A stretch of DNA of 64,000 nucleotides, taken from Salisapilia sapeloensis CBS 127946 (lineage: Eukaryota > Protista > Oomycota). Under the pieces are notes generated by a model. The model ran no database searches. It was not told the DNA's origin and saw only the letters and a list, made by a program, of their open reading frames with translations. The stretch lies in contig JAADVB010000082.1 of assembly GCA_023334545.1 (NCBI GenBank), positions 5,014 to 69,013 of the forward strand. Direction: 5' to 3'. A program made the translations under genes and the position numbers. Numbering within the stretch: position 1 is the stretch's first letter; the number at the start of each line of letters is the position of its first letter. Positions 34,135-45,200 of the stretch are shown piece by piece.

Positions 34135-37100
34135 TCATGTCAACTGCTTCATCAGTGTCTCTCGCAACTGGTCGCTGGCCTCTGGGTTGGACAGTCGCAG
34201 CGTCATCTCCGCGTCTTCCTTTTCTCTAGTAGCTTCTGCTAGCGTTTTTTCCATCCTCCGTCGATCGTCGTCCATATCGTCCTCCTCCGTGATCGCCATG
34301 CTCAGCCGCTTTTTCATGCCTTCCATCTGCGTTTGCAGCTCACTCTTGACCTCACCCACGCGCCTCTTCTTGCTCTCCAACTCACTGCAGTAACCTTCCT
34401 TCTCCTCTGTCCACTTATTCACGCTCTCTATGCGCTCCAACAGAATCTGTCGAGCATTCAGCTCCTCTTCCAGCTTGGCCAGTCTCGCTCTTGTCTCCTG
34501 TTCCGACTGCTGCTGAGCGTTGGAGATGGCTGTCTCCACCACCTCTTCCTGGGTTTTCCGACGCTCCACCGACACGTGGTACTCGAGCGTCTTGTTCGAC
34601 AGCCAAGAGAACGAGTTGTCCCAGACAAAGTGGAAGGTCGAGTCCTTCTCCTCCACCACGTGGACGCCGTTCAACGCACTGACTCTCTCATCGGGAACAA
34701 GTGCTTCTGACGCTTTATCACTTTCTAGCTTGAAGGATAGGTCCTTGTCGTCCTCCACTACAGTAAAGCTCCAGACGAGACGATGACCTTTTGTCGGGCA
34801 CACGATCGGCAGGTCAAAGGACGATCCGGCCTTGACCACGACGCCACTCTTGAACACCATTTCCTCTTCATACCCTCCCTCCGCTACATCCTTCGTCTCC
34901 TCATCCTTCTTCCAGACGTTTAGATCTCGATACACCCTCGAGTACTCCTCCACCTGCTCCTCCAGCTCCCTCACAGCATCCTCTAATCCCTTGACAAACT
35001 TACTTACGAGATCCTTCCGTTGCTTCCGACCGACCTCTAGCTCTTGCTCCTGCTGCTTTTGCTGTCGAGACGCCTGGATCTCCCCAAAGTCTGCCATCTC
35101 ATCCTCATCGACCGTCGCGTCCTGCTGTTCCTCCAGCTCAGCTACCTTGTCTTCTAGCTGCAAGACCTGCTTCCTCAGCTCCCTCTCCTTTGACAAGTCC
35201 ACTTCTCCAGGGCCGGACAGGAACTTTTGCTCTAAATACTCTAGCACCAGGTCTGCTACTTGCTGAGAGGCTTGCACGGATTCTGACTCGGTCGCGTCGT
35301 CTCTTTTGCTGCTTTCCAAAGCCAAGAGCACAGTGTTCACGCGACTGTCGTCCCAGTAAGTCTTGAGCTCTTCTAGTATCTCTTCCTCCGTCTCTTCTAG
35401 CTGCTTATAAAGATTCCTACGGCTCACCTTCTCTTCCTTCCAACGAGTCTCTTGATCCAAGAGTTCCCCTAGACGCGTCTCCAGCTTCTTCACGTGCTCC
35501 TTCCTTTCATCTACATTAGATTCCACCTCGGACACTCGCCTCTGTGCGTCTTTAAAACTCTTCTCCAACTCCCTTCTCTCCCTCTCCTTCTCCTCCACGT
35601 TCTGCTCCAACGTACGCATCCCTTCCTTTTCCACCTGCAGCTTCTCCTTTTCCACCACCACTTCACTCAACTTCTTCTCTAGTTCACGACACTTTGCCAT
35701 TATTTGATCCATCTCCTTAGCAACTTTTTCCGTCTTTATCTTTGCTTCCTCCAACGCCTTCTTCTCTACTCTGTATAAACGCCTGTACTCCTCGACCTCC
35801 TCTTCACTCATACACCACAACTCTGTCACTTGGCCCACTCTTCTCTCCGCCTTCTGTACCTCCTCCTCTGCCTCCTTCCTTCCCACCCGACTCTCCTCCG
35901 CTTCTCTCACCAACTTTTCATTTTCCTTCCGCATCCCATTTAATAGCTCTGCTCTCTTCTCCACCTTCTTCAAAGCAGCATGCGAACGACTCTTGTACTT
36001 TGCAAATTGCTCCTCCGTCTCCTTCAGCCGCGTCTCGAGAAACGACACCTGCTCCTGATAACCTTCACCCTCCTCCTTCCCACTCTCCACTCGCGCAGCC
36101 GTCACCTCAACCTGCTCTTCCAGCTGTTTGATCGTCACCTGTGACTCTCGTAGCTGCTCCTGCCGTTCCTCCAACTGCTTCTCAATGGATCTGAGACAGT
36201 CCTCTAGCTCTTCCTCATGTCCTTTGGCTTGCTCCAGCTCCTCCTTCTCTCCTACCAAATGTGACACAAAGCCTTCTATCGCCTCCAACTGACTCTCACA
36301 CGATTCACATTCCTCTACCTCCCCACTCGATCGACAATACTCGTACACACTCTTTACCTTGGTAGCCACCGACTCCTGCGGTGATGATCTGTCCGCAATC
36401 ACTTCAATCGACCTCTCCAGAGCTTTCAGACACCCTGTCATGGCATCTCGAAGGTCCAAGGCAGACGACTGGTTTCTTAAGTCTAGCTTGTACAGCTTCT
36501 CCACGGCAGTCGCTGGATGTCCGACGCCGTAGGCTGCTACCACTTGACGCACACTCTCCACCGCTCCCGTCTCCTTCTCTCTTTCGTCCGACAATTTCTT
36601 CAACCGCTCTTCCAGGGATGCTACATCCATCGACGACTGTTTACAAGCCTCTAGCTCTTCCTGCAATTTCAACACCTGCGCCTCCAAAAAGCGTCTGCTC
36701 TCTTCCTGCTGCTCCATTCTCTCCTCCGCCTCCTCCTTCTCTGCTTCTAGCTCTACCAGTCGTCTACTAATGTCTTCATCTTCCGACGCCTTCCTCTGGA
36801 CACCACTTCCCAGCTCTTCCTCCATCGCAGCAACAAGTTTATCCACATCGCCAGAAGACTCTGGAAAGTGACCACCAACAGCCCGATACAACTTTCCCAG
36901 CTCTTTCATCCGACTCGTAATCACATCCCCTCGACTGTCCAAGGACGCATCGGAGGGCACGAGATCTAGACTCTCCTCCAGCTGAGACACTAAACCCTCC
37001 TTCCCAGTCACGATTGAAGCTAGCTCTGCCTGCAACCTTGTCAGCCTCTCACTGCCTTCATTCACGGCTGCTGCTGCCTGCTCTAGCGCCTGCCCTGCCC

Positions 37101-37434
37101 CAGAATTCCCCTTTCGACCCATATCCTCACTCTTTTTCATCAATAGCTTCTCAACCTTTCCCAAACGGATCTGCAGTTGCTCCATATCTGCATCGCATGA
37201 TTCTGGAGTATATCCTCCCTTCTTTGCTTGAGACTGGACGAATAGGACAGCGGATCGGAGATCGTTCGCAGAGCTTAGGAGAGAGTCGGCGGCTTGGGCA
37301 TTCCCACGTCCGCGTGTCTGCTCGGACTTGTTCTGCAATTTATCGGCAACAACAGTCACACGAGCACACACCTGCTCGGCGCTGTCAGGTAGGAGAGCGC
37401 TCTCGTTCATGAGCTCTCTCAGACTATGACTCAT
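34135..37434 (-). CDS. Long coiled-coil (golgin-like) protein with a GOLD domain near the C-terminus
   Basis: 1099-aa ORF, E/K-rich heptads. GOLD: VVVKAGSSFDLPI..LVWSFTV...DLSF..G.H......FHFVWDNSFSWLSNKTLEYHVSV. The 5' end may include upstream exons. Confidence 0.8.
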   Translation of the reverse strand: MSHSLRELMNESALLPDSAEQVCARVTVVADKLQNKSEQTRGRGNAQAADSLLSSANDLRSAVLFVQSQAKKGGYTPESCDADMEQLQIRLGKVEKLLMKKSEDMGRKGNSGAGQALEQAAAAVNEGSERLTRLQAELASIVTGKEGLVSQLEESLDLVPSDASLDSRGDVITSRMKELGKLYRAVGGHFPESSGDVDKLVAAMEEELGSGVQRKASEDEDISRRLVELEAEKEEAEERMEQQEESRRFLEAQVLKLQEELEACKQSSMDVASLEERLKKLSDEREKETGAVESVRQVVAAYGVGHPATAVEKLYKLDLRNQSSALDLRDAMTGCLKALERSIEVIADRSSPQESVATKVKSVYEYCRSSGEVEECESCESQLEAIEGFVSHLVGEKEELEQAKGHEEELEDCLRSIEKQLEERQEQLRESQVTIKQLEEQVEVTAARVESGKEEGEGYQEQVSFLETRLKETEEQFAKYKSRSHAALKKVEKRAELLNGMRKENEKLVREAEESRVGRKEAEEEVQKAERRVGQVTELWCMSEEEVEEYRRLYRVEKKALEEAKIKTEKVAKEMDQIMAKCRELEKKLSEVVVEKEKLQVEKEGMRTLEQNVEEKERERRELEKSFKDAQRRVSEVESNVDERKEHVKKLETRLGELLDQETRWKEEKVSRRNLYKQLEETEEEILEELKTYWDDSRVNTVLLALESSKRDDATESESVQASQQVADLVLEYLEQKFLSGPGEVDLSKERELRKQVLQLEDKVAELEEQQDATVDEDEMADFGEIQASRQQKQQEQELEVGRKQRKDLVSKFVKGLEDAVRELEEQVEEYSRVYRDLNVWKKDEETKDVAEGGYEEEMVFKSGVVVKAGSSFDLPIVCPTKGHRLVWSFTVVEDDKDLSFKLESDKASEALVPDERVSALNGVHVVEEKDSTFHFVWDNSFSWLSNKTLEYHVSVERRKTQEEVVETAISNAQQQSEQETRARLAKLEEELNARQILLERIESVNKWTEEKEGYCSELESKKRRVGEVKSELQTQMEGMKKRLSMAITEEDDMDDDRRRMEKTLAEATREKEDAEMTLRLSNPEASDQLRETLMKQLT

Positions 37435-37899
37435 CTATAGCTGTAAACAGAAAATTATTATACACACATTGCCATCTGAACAGATCTGAAGAAACTTGGC
37501 TTTCCTCCACTTCACCTGGGCAATACGACAGGACTCACAGTGCAACTCACTGCAGAGGTAATTTTCCGTAGCAATACACTTGAATGTATGAATCAACAAT
37601 ATATTCATCCCTGAACACAACCCGACACATAAAATGCATGCATCAACGTCAAAATTATCTTCAAGGCAAGCGAATGTGAAAGTCGCTCCAAATTTCGACT
37701 TTGCTGCTACCTCTTTGACGATGAGGTAAAATCTATAGGATTGGGCATTAACATATGCTGTTTCCATGAATATAAACCCAGCCAATCTTCTACAAACGAA
37801 ATTGAGCTATACAAGTGGTCATTTATCGCTTTACGCAAGAGTCGAAGTAAAAACTTAGATAATCAGGCTCGCTTCGGTATGCTCGGCTCGATTAGCAGA

Positions 37900-40800
37900 G
37901 CCTTATATAATTTTGAATACATAGGAAGATATTGCAGTCACTTACAAGCAAAACGACCTAGTACTAGACCTGTCGAATGCGTTGTTTAGTGCGAATTCCT
38001 TGACAGTAGAAAGGAATAATCTTAGATACATTTGCGAATCTCCAAGCTTACCTTCCGTTACACGTTACCATTCAATTAAATATCAACAGACACATCAAAG
38101 CTTTACTGTACACCCTATTATGGCTGCATTTGTATCGATTTCGTATAGCATATACGGTAAATATTTTCTGTAGACTAGACTAGAAAGCTTAATTTGCAAA
38201 CAAATAAATCACCAAAAGCTAGCACTAACATATGGCTCTTGCAACGTAGGGGTACTGCTACACAGTTGTATCCGGATCACCAAAGAAATATTACCGATTG
38301 ACTATAAGGCCCACAGGCGTGAATCATTATCAAATTTGCTTGAACTTTTATTTACCCACCCAAATACCTTTAACGCTAAAATTACAACTGCAGAAATCAA
38401 GTTGCCCAACGGCTTAAGACAAAATCCTCTTGTTTAAAAATTGACAGACATCCGTCACTAAAGATGCCAACGGCCGTTAAGATGAGAATAAAGAGAAAAC
38501 TAACAAGAGGAACAAGTACTCTGAACCAAACACTACTTATTCTTACAACAAGAAGATACGATAATTTTTTTTACTGAACAGAAAACATATTCGTATATGG
38601 TACATACACATCATAATTAGTTAAATAAACTTAGTGTAAACGAAAACATGAACATTGCACTTGCATCCACCTCCAATTAATATAGCACTAGTCAAATCAT
38701 TTATTTTTTATATTCTTTACAAAAATATTTGCATATTGTTTGTGCATACTTTACAAATTTTAGGCACAGCTAAAACTAAGCACATAGAACTAGAATATAT
38801 TTTTAATTCTATTAAATGTGCTTTTCACGCACCATCAGTTATAACAAACTAGGTAAGTTTGTCTTAAATATCAATCTAATCATATAAAAAAAATCATAAA
38901 AAATTTTAAAGACATAAAAATTTCATTGAGCAAAAGAACGTTCGCATAAAATGATAAAGCTTACAACTTTTTTTTGTTATGCACGAATATTGTTAAAATC
39001 TTGCAAGTACCATAAATAAATAGTACATATTTTTACACTAGAAGTATGGCTAATAACTTTACGAATATTGTAAATTCGAAAAAATAACTGAGATTAAACT
39101 ATACAAAATGTATATAACTCGAAATTTATAAAATGAAAGTATTAAATATATTATTACAACAAGTCTTTAATGTTATAAAGAACGTAACGTAAACATATGC
39201 AATTTTTATCAAGTTTATAGCATATAGGAAAATAGTCTACTTTGGAAAACGAGGTTTTTTAATTATTGCATAAAATCAATCAGACTTTTTGGTTATCATA
39301 TCCACGTTTTAAGCAAAAAATTAACCAGTTTTTTGTTATTTATATTCTAAAGTATAATATAGTGCATTTGCTATGAGATTTTAATAAAACAACAAAAGGT
39401 AAATACTACAACTTTTTAAAAAATAAAAATTTTACGTATAACATTATGTGCAACAAATTATAAATCTATGGATATTAATATTAATAAAGAATACAAATAT
39501 AAAGGCTCAAAGAATTTTGACTATATATGAAGATTATTCTTACTTTTATAAAAATTTGATAAAAACGTTTAAATGCATTTGTAAAAATGTTTTTTCGTGA
39601 TTCATTCTTTTGTTTTTACAGCAATAAAAATAGAATCGTAATGCATAGGAATGAAACTGTAAAGACAGTAGCAAAGCGTTATGTTGAAATCAAAAAGCAA
39701 AAAAAAATATTAAATGTTTATTTGTGTAATGTTGTTTTAAATTGGTCATCAATATCAACCATGTTTTTATTTTATAAAACCGTTAATTAATTTAACGATA
39801 ATACAATTTTTTTATAAGAGTAAAAATTTTGTTTTATATATGTTCCTTATTTGTTATTTGTTTCGATTCTTCATTTATGATTTCTTTATTAATCCGTGTG
39901 TTTTCGGTTATTGTAAATACACGTGTTTAATTTTTTTATATAAAATTTCTGTTTTACTTAAGAAAACTAAAATAATAAAGATCAGAATTTTTGTAAGTAT
40001 GCACATGCTTGTTACGTATTTAAAGACAATTATCTCTTTTACAGAATTGTATTAATTTTAAAATAATACCATTTTGGATTTGTAGAAACTATGTTAAAGA
40101 TTGTAATTGAAAGGTTTCTACGTTTTTTATATACTCGCAATTTTGATATATATGCGTTTTATATTGTTTAAATTATAAATAAAACGTGTATTAATTGACA
40201 AAAATCATGCTTTACTAGGTGATAATAATTTATCACTTATATACATTACAAGCATTTGTTATCTGCTCTAAAGTTTTTGTTGTTTTCTTGTACGACTGGC
40301 AAATTCATTCTAATATTTTGTTATATACAAATTAAATATTGAATCTATAGTAAATTAAGCTATGTATACTTAAGCTATTACTGTTTTACTAAAAGTTTAT
40401 AGTATTTAAGAAGACTTTTTTAAAGTACTCTTATTGTTATATTTCTTGCCTTTTTTATAGTAACGCTAAATATTTTGAAGTAATTTATGTATGCAGTAAA
40501 TAAAATTTTTATCAGTAAGTAAATAAATTAAAATATCATTAATAAACAAAGACTTTTGTTTTAAACTGTTATGTCAGTTTACGCTTTTTATAACTAATTG
40601 TGACTTGTCTATTTGAGTTTTGTACATTAGGCAATCGAAATTATACATATTGACGCTATCAATTTTATTTGTTTTTTGCAAAGTTTTTGATGTTTCTGCT
40701 TTTTGAAAATCTTAAATCTATATTAAACTTCAAATATGTTTAAACGTATTAAACGTATATTTGTAAACGCAAACCTTTATTGTTGTCGGGCAACAAATTA

Positions 40801-41400
40801 TAAATAAGAAATTTTATTAAATGGTTATGCTATGCTGAAGAATTTGTCTGTGCCCTTGCAACAGGTTAATAGATGGTGTAAGGAGTGGAAAAACAAACTT
40901 TTTTGTTTTGGTTAATATTGAAAGTATAGTTGTAAATTTAGTTTCAAGAATAATATAGTATTTTATTTTGTTTCTGTTATAAACATTTTTGTCGAACTTC
41001 TATAGACGAAAATACTGACATTTCATCTCATACAAATTCTGTACCCGATGATCTTCTCGTTTTGATCTACTGTTTCTTTCGATATAGCACTTGTAAACAA
41101 AACGTATGGCGCTAATTTTAATCAATTGTTGTTTAATTGTTCTTGTTTGTTTGTTGAAGTAAACATGTTGAAAGCTTTAATCGGATTATCTTTGGATGTA
41201 TACAAACTGTTATTGCATTTGCTCAAAGATTTATTTTCTTAATGTTATTTCTTTTCCAACAACTTATACATTTCATTTTCTTGTGTCACGAGTATGTAAA
41301 AGAAAAAATTGCGCTTTTTTTCTATAGTAAACACATCTAAAATGCATATTTTAAATATAATGGCCAGGGTGCAGCTTGTCGTAAGTATTGGAAAGCAGAC
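37900..41400 (+). mobile_element. AT-rich island (~20% GC in sampled lines); probable heavily mutated Ty1/copia retrotransposon relic
   Basis: Composition is seen directly. Integrase-like motifs lie in one plus frame with copia-like spacing: KITE (39081-39092, cf. GVAE), L*CY (39165-39176, cf. LWxY/A), SIRLFGYHIHVL (39276-39311, cf. HLRVFGCxAxV). Downstream RT-like DIYAF (~40145) and LYD (~40288), and RNaseH-like SKHVE (~41158), are weaker. No LTRs identified. Confidence 0.5.
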
Positions 41401-41470
41401 AAATTATGGACTCAAAGGAAATATGAGCTTTCTTTGATGCGTTAGACAGGTTCAGCGTTGAGCGCAAAAA

Positions 41471-42213
41471 CTACCATGGCAGTTCTGCTCCTGTGTAATC
41501 GTAGAACTTACCATTCTCTTCATGCGAAAGCTTAGTCACCACGGTGATAATTCCTTCGGCACTATCGTGTACTTTGACAGGGCCTTGGTGGTCATTAATG
41601 TCTGTGGCAACGTGTCCAGGATGCATAGTAATACTTGTGATCTTCTCGTCCTTGAGCAAGAGTGAAAGAATCTTTTGAATCATATTCAGTCCTGCCTTCG
41701 ATGCGCTGTAGCCGTGCGCGTGCGTCATCGCTAGTTCAATGCTACCAAGGTATGATGTCATTTGAACAACTTTCGCTTCCCCACGAGCCTTGACGGCCTC
41801 CTTCAAGTTGGGTAGGAGGGCCCGAGTTGATAGATAGGGGCCTGTTACGTTCACCTCGAACTGCTCCATCAAGTCCTCTTTTGTTGTGTCTTCTAGACCA
41901 TGCCGCTTGAAAATACCGGCATTATTGATGAGTAGATCGATAGGCACAGACTCTAGACTCTTCGCTGCCTCCAAGATGGACGCCTCATCCTTCATATCCA
42001 TTCGAACAACCTTGTATGGTTTCAATTCGTGAAGCTATTACAAAGCATTAGCGTGATTGTGCGTGTCAAACTTCATGAAGATCGTACTGCTGTCGCCGTA
42101 TCTGGGCTACGTACAGCACCAATGACATTCCACCCGAGTGCCGTGTATTGCTTTGCTAGCTCTAATCCAATGCTGCGAGAGGCTCCTGTGATAAGGACGG
42201 TTTTCGTAGTCAT
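41471..42213 (-). CDS. Short-chain dehydrogenase/reductase, CsgA (C-factor)-like, 2 exons
   Basis: Exons 42213-42088 and 42034-41471 (53-nt intron). TVLITGASRSIGLEL; DLLINNAG; catalytic YSASK; MHPGHVATD; GKFYDYTGAELPW. Confidence 0.93.
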
Positions 42214-42699
42214 GACTGTCAGTCTCGGGGTTCGAGCGAAATCTATTTATGAGGTCGAAACGTAACTTTCAATAGGTAGGATCGGGCACTTCGCCTTCAC
42301 CGGGTGTTTTTAGATCGTGCTACGTATACTCGCTGCTTTGTTTGATTGGATGTTGTTGGCTCCGCAATGGAGATAGAGGATCCCTACGCGGGTGATATCT
42401 GGGCGGCACGCTTTAGGCGCTTGTCTCAATTGCAGATCAGGCAACGACCCGATTCGTATCTGATAAAAGCCACAAGGATTTGCAGTTACCGCTCGTATGA
42501 TCAAGATGACGATCCTTCTTTCTGAATCTCCAGAGTAAACACTAAGTACCGCTCCAAATTATCACGCATTGGCTACCATTCTTCCCTTTGATCCGCATGT
42601 CATTTGCTATCCTCTAGTGGTCAATTAGCTTGAATGAGCATCTATTTCAAATCGGCACTGCACTACATCGCAATCAGACCAAAGTACTAAGCTCCCTCA

Positions 42700-45200
42700 G
42701 TATCTGTCTACGCTTGCCTAATTGGAGTCATCAAAATGTTACAGAGATGAATACTGACCATTTTCGCTCCATCTGACTGCTGTGTCGTAAAAGATCGGTT
42801 CGCCCATACTTCCTGTATTTGCTACTTTGATGCGTAGGAGGCGAGCGTTTATTACCGCATCATTTCAAATACCATGCAAGTGTGCGAGAATACGGCACAC
42901 GAATGAAATGTATCGCAGCTTCCGAGTCACCACATGTCCTTCCAAGTCGCGTACATTGTATCCTGGTAGCTTTGGCGAATCAAGATCGTCATCGGTCGCT
43001 TGGCATATCCAAAGATATCGAGTTGATATGCTCATCAATCGTCGTCTTGTATGTGTGCATAGAACTCAATAACAAAGCTGTCTCGATTCAAGATGTAAGG
43101 ATGCTCTTGTGGTACTATTTGTGGTCAAATAACAAGAACAGAATTATCCTCGCTTCGATGTGCGATGTAAGTGCCCGGGAGCTTGATCAATACAAGAAAG
43201 CAATTCTTTATATTCACAGTATGATGCACAATACCAATTTCCTCTGTTATAGAAACCGATATTATTTGTTATACGGCAGCCCACCCCATAGTCGTCTGTG
43301 CTTTAAGGTTCGTGGAAGTATGCGTACGGCTTTGCCAAGATGACCGCTTTTAAGTCTAATTGCAGGTCAAAATAAAAATGTCAATACAGACTGCCGGCTC
43401 TTCATAAAATACCTGAGTGAGCTCAAATTAGCACTGAATCACGGTATGCCAACTGCCAGCTGTAGGGGCTACTTTTGACCCGATGCATTGTAGCAGCTTT
43501 GCCTAGTACATCTTGTCTCCGGCTTGAAGGTTGTACAAGCACAAGAGCTCGCTACAGGGCATATACATATTTGCAGTTTCGGCTATTTATGAGAGTTTGA
43601 TGATCATGTCGTTTGATGCACATGCAGCTGGAGGGCAAGTGAAGACGGCTAGATGACCTGTGCATTTGATCGATTTCGCCTACAACAGCAATTTTCATGT
43701 CTGTGTGTATTCCATTAAATACATAAATTTTCTTCTTGAATTTGGATTTGCATTGTCGAAGCAGATATCGAGGTATGGACAAAAGTGACCGAAAATGAAA
43801 GAAGCGTCCAGTCACTCCTGCAAGCTGTCACGGTGGCAGGTTGTCTAGCTTATCGGGTAGGATCTTACAGAATAGTATTTAAATCTACCCTCTGATGTTT
43901 GACAACTGAATAAGTACTGATTTATGGCTTTTGCGCAGTCTTGATCAAACTGCTATGAACATCTTGGCACTAGACTTTCTTTCATCTAGAGAAATCTGCC
44001 ATTATACTATTTCCAACTCGGCGTTGAATGTCCATGGTTATCCAGAATATTGCTATTGATGCTATACAACAGACCGTATCTCAAGACAAAAGCTGATAAC
44101 ACTTCTGATGGGATGGAGAAACTGCTTCCTGTTTTTAATAGACGAACAGAATTGTCCTTGCTCCACTCCGAACATTGATCTTGCGAAACGGACCTGGCAC
44201 TCGGGGCCGAGCCAAACTAAAACGATATGGCTCATCTTGCGACCATGCGGGTGCCTATGGTCCTCGCCTTCCAGCTTTGCGCTCTCGCACCGACTCTCTG
44301 GAATTCCGTAGATCTATGCACTCAGTAAATTGACGGTGCATCCCGTTCTCATTTTTAGCAGGATGCAGCACGCCCAAACTGCCACCCACTCTCGTGTGAC
44401 GCCACCGAAGTTACCACATAAAATCAGACTTCCATCACGAGGAAGATTTTACATCAAATAATTGTAAACCTCCGGCTAGTTAAGAGCCTCCTGTGGTACG
44501 TAGACATAAACTATGATCAATAGGCCTACACGGACGCTGATGACGTGGGGCTTATACTTGTCTAGCGGAATTTGCCTCGTAGGGAGGTTCAGTCATGGTG
44601 GGACAAGAACATCAACACTTTCCGTCGTGGTCGACTCAGCGCCGCTCCAGAACGTACGCGGACGGTCTTTACGTGGTGTACATCCCCACAAAAGGTACCA
44701 CTTAACTTCAATCTCGCGTTGGTCCTTTATCGAAATGCGGTGCGATTCTTGAATGGCGACGACATCCGGACGCATATGATCATCCAGCTCAGCCCATCCA
44801 CGAAGCCACTCGGTCCGGTTGGCGTTGAAGCCGTGCCGTCCGATACGTTGGGACAATACCCGAAAGTTTTGTCTGCTCATGGCGAATGGTCGGATGTACA
44901 ACTTTTTGGCTCTTATAGCTATCCGAGAGTGATGAAAGTTTCTCGGATACCGTTTCAATTTATGTCGAACAAGCCCAACTTCAACATCGGTGGACATAAA
45001 ACGACTTCTTTTGTGGTTCCAGCAAGAAATGAATTGCATCGACGCATTGGAGAAAGCGGAGGAGGCAGATGCAAGAGAAACATGACTGCCCCCTCAGGAA
45101 CATCGTAGCATAGTGATGGCAGCGACTTGGAAATGGTTTTGCAAGTATAGCGAGAGATTGTGAGTACGCCGGAAATGTACCTACTACGAAGCAGAGACGG
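42700..45200 (-). mobile_element. Degenerate non-LTR (L1/Tx1-type) retrotransposon: APE endonuclease remnant with weaker RT remnants
   Basis: One minus frame, broken by TGA/TAG/TAA, carries APE motifs RPDVVAIQESH (~44740-44770), TFWS...VDVLVP, LIIVYVYVP (~44500, cf. NVYAP), LILCGNFG (~44410, cf. GGDFN). RT-like AVILAKPY (~43330) and a possible CCHC remnant (~45090) are tentative. Boundaries approximate. Confidence 0.65.

Noticed and set aside
38655-38852. TKHIELEY resembling the copia RNase H end motif
   Set aside because: Lies upstream of the integrase-like motifs, the wrong order for copia; probably chance unless there is a nested fragment.
40500-40720. Minus-strand FINDILIY and DFQKA resembling RT motifs
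   Set aside because: Isolated, and not supported by correctly spaced neighbouring motifs; AT-rich DNA yields such words readily. Cannot be fully excluded without a search.
37900-41400. Island as mitochondrial insertion (NUMT) or giant-virus fragment
   Set aside because: No recognisable mitochondrial protein, rRNA, tRNA or viral ORF, and stops are dense in all frames. Kept only as an alternative to test.
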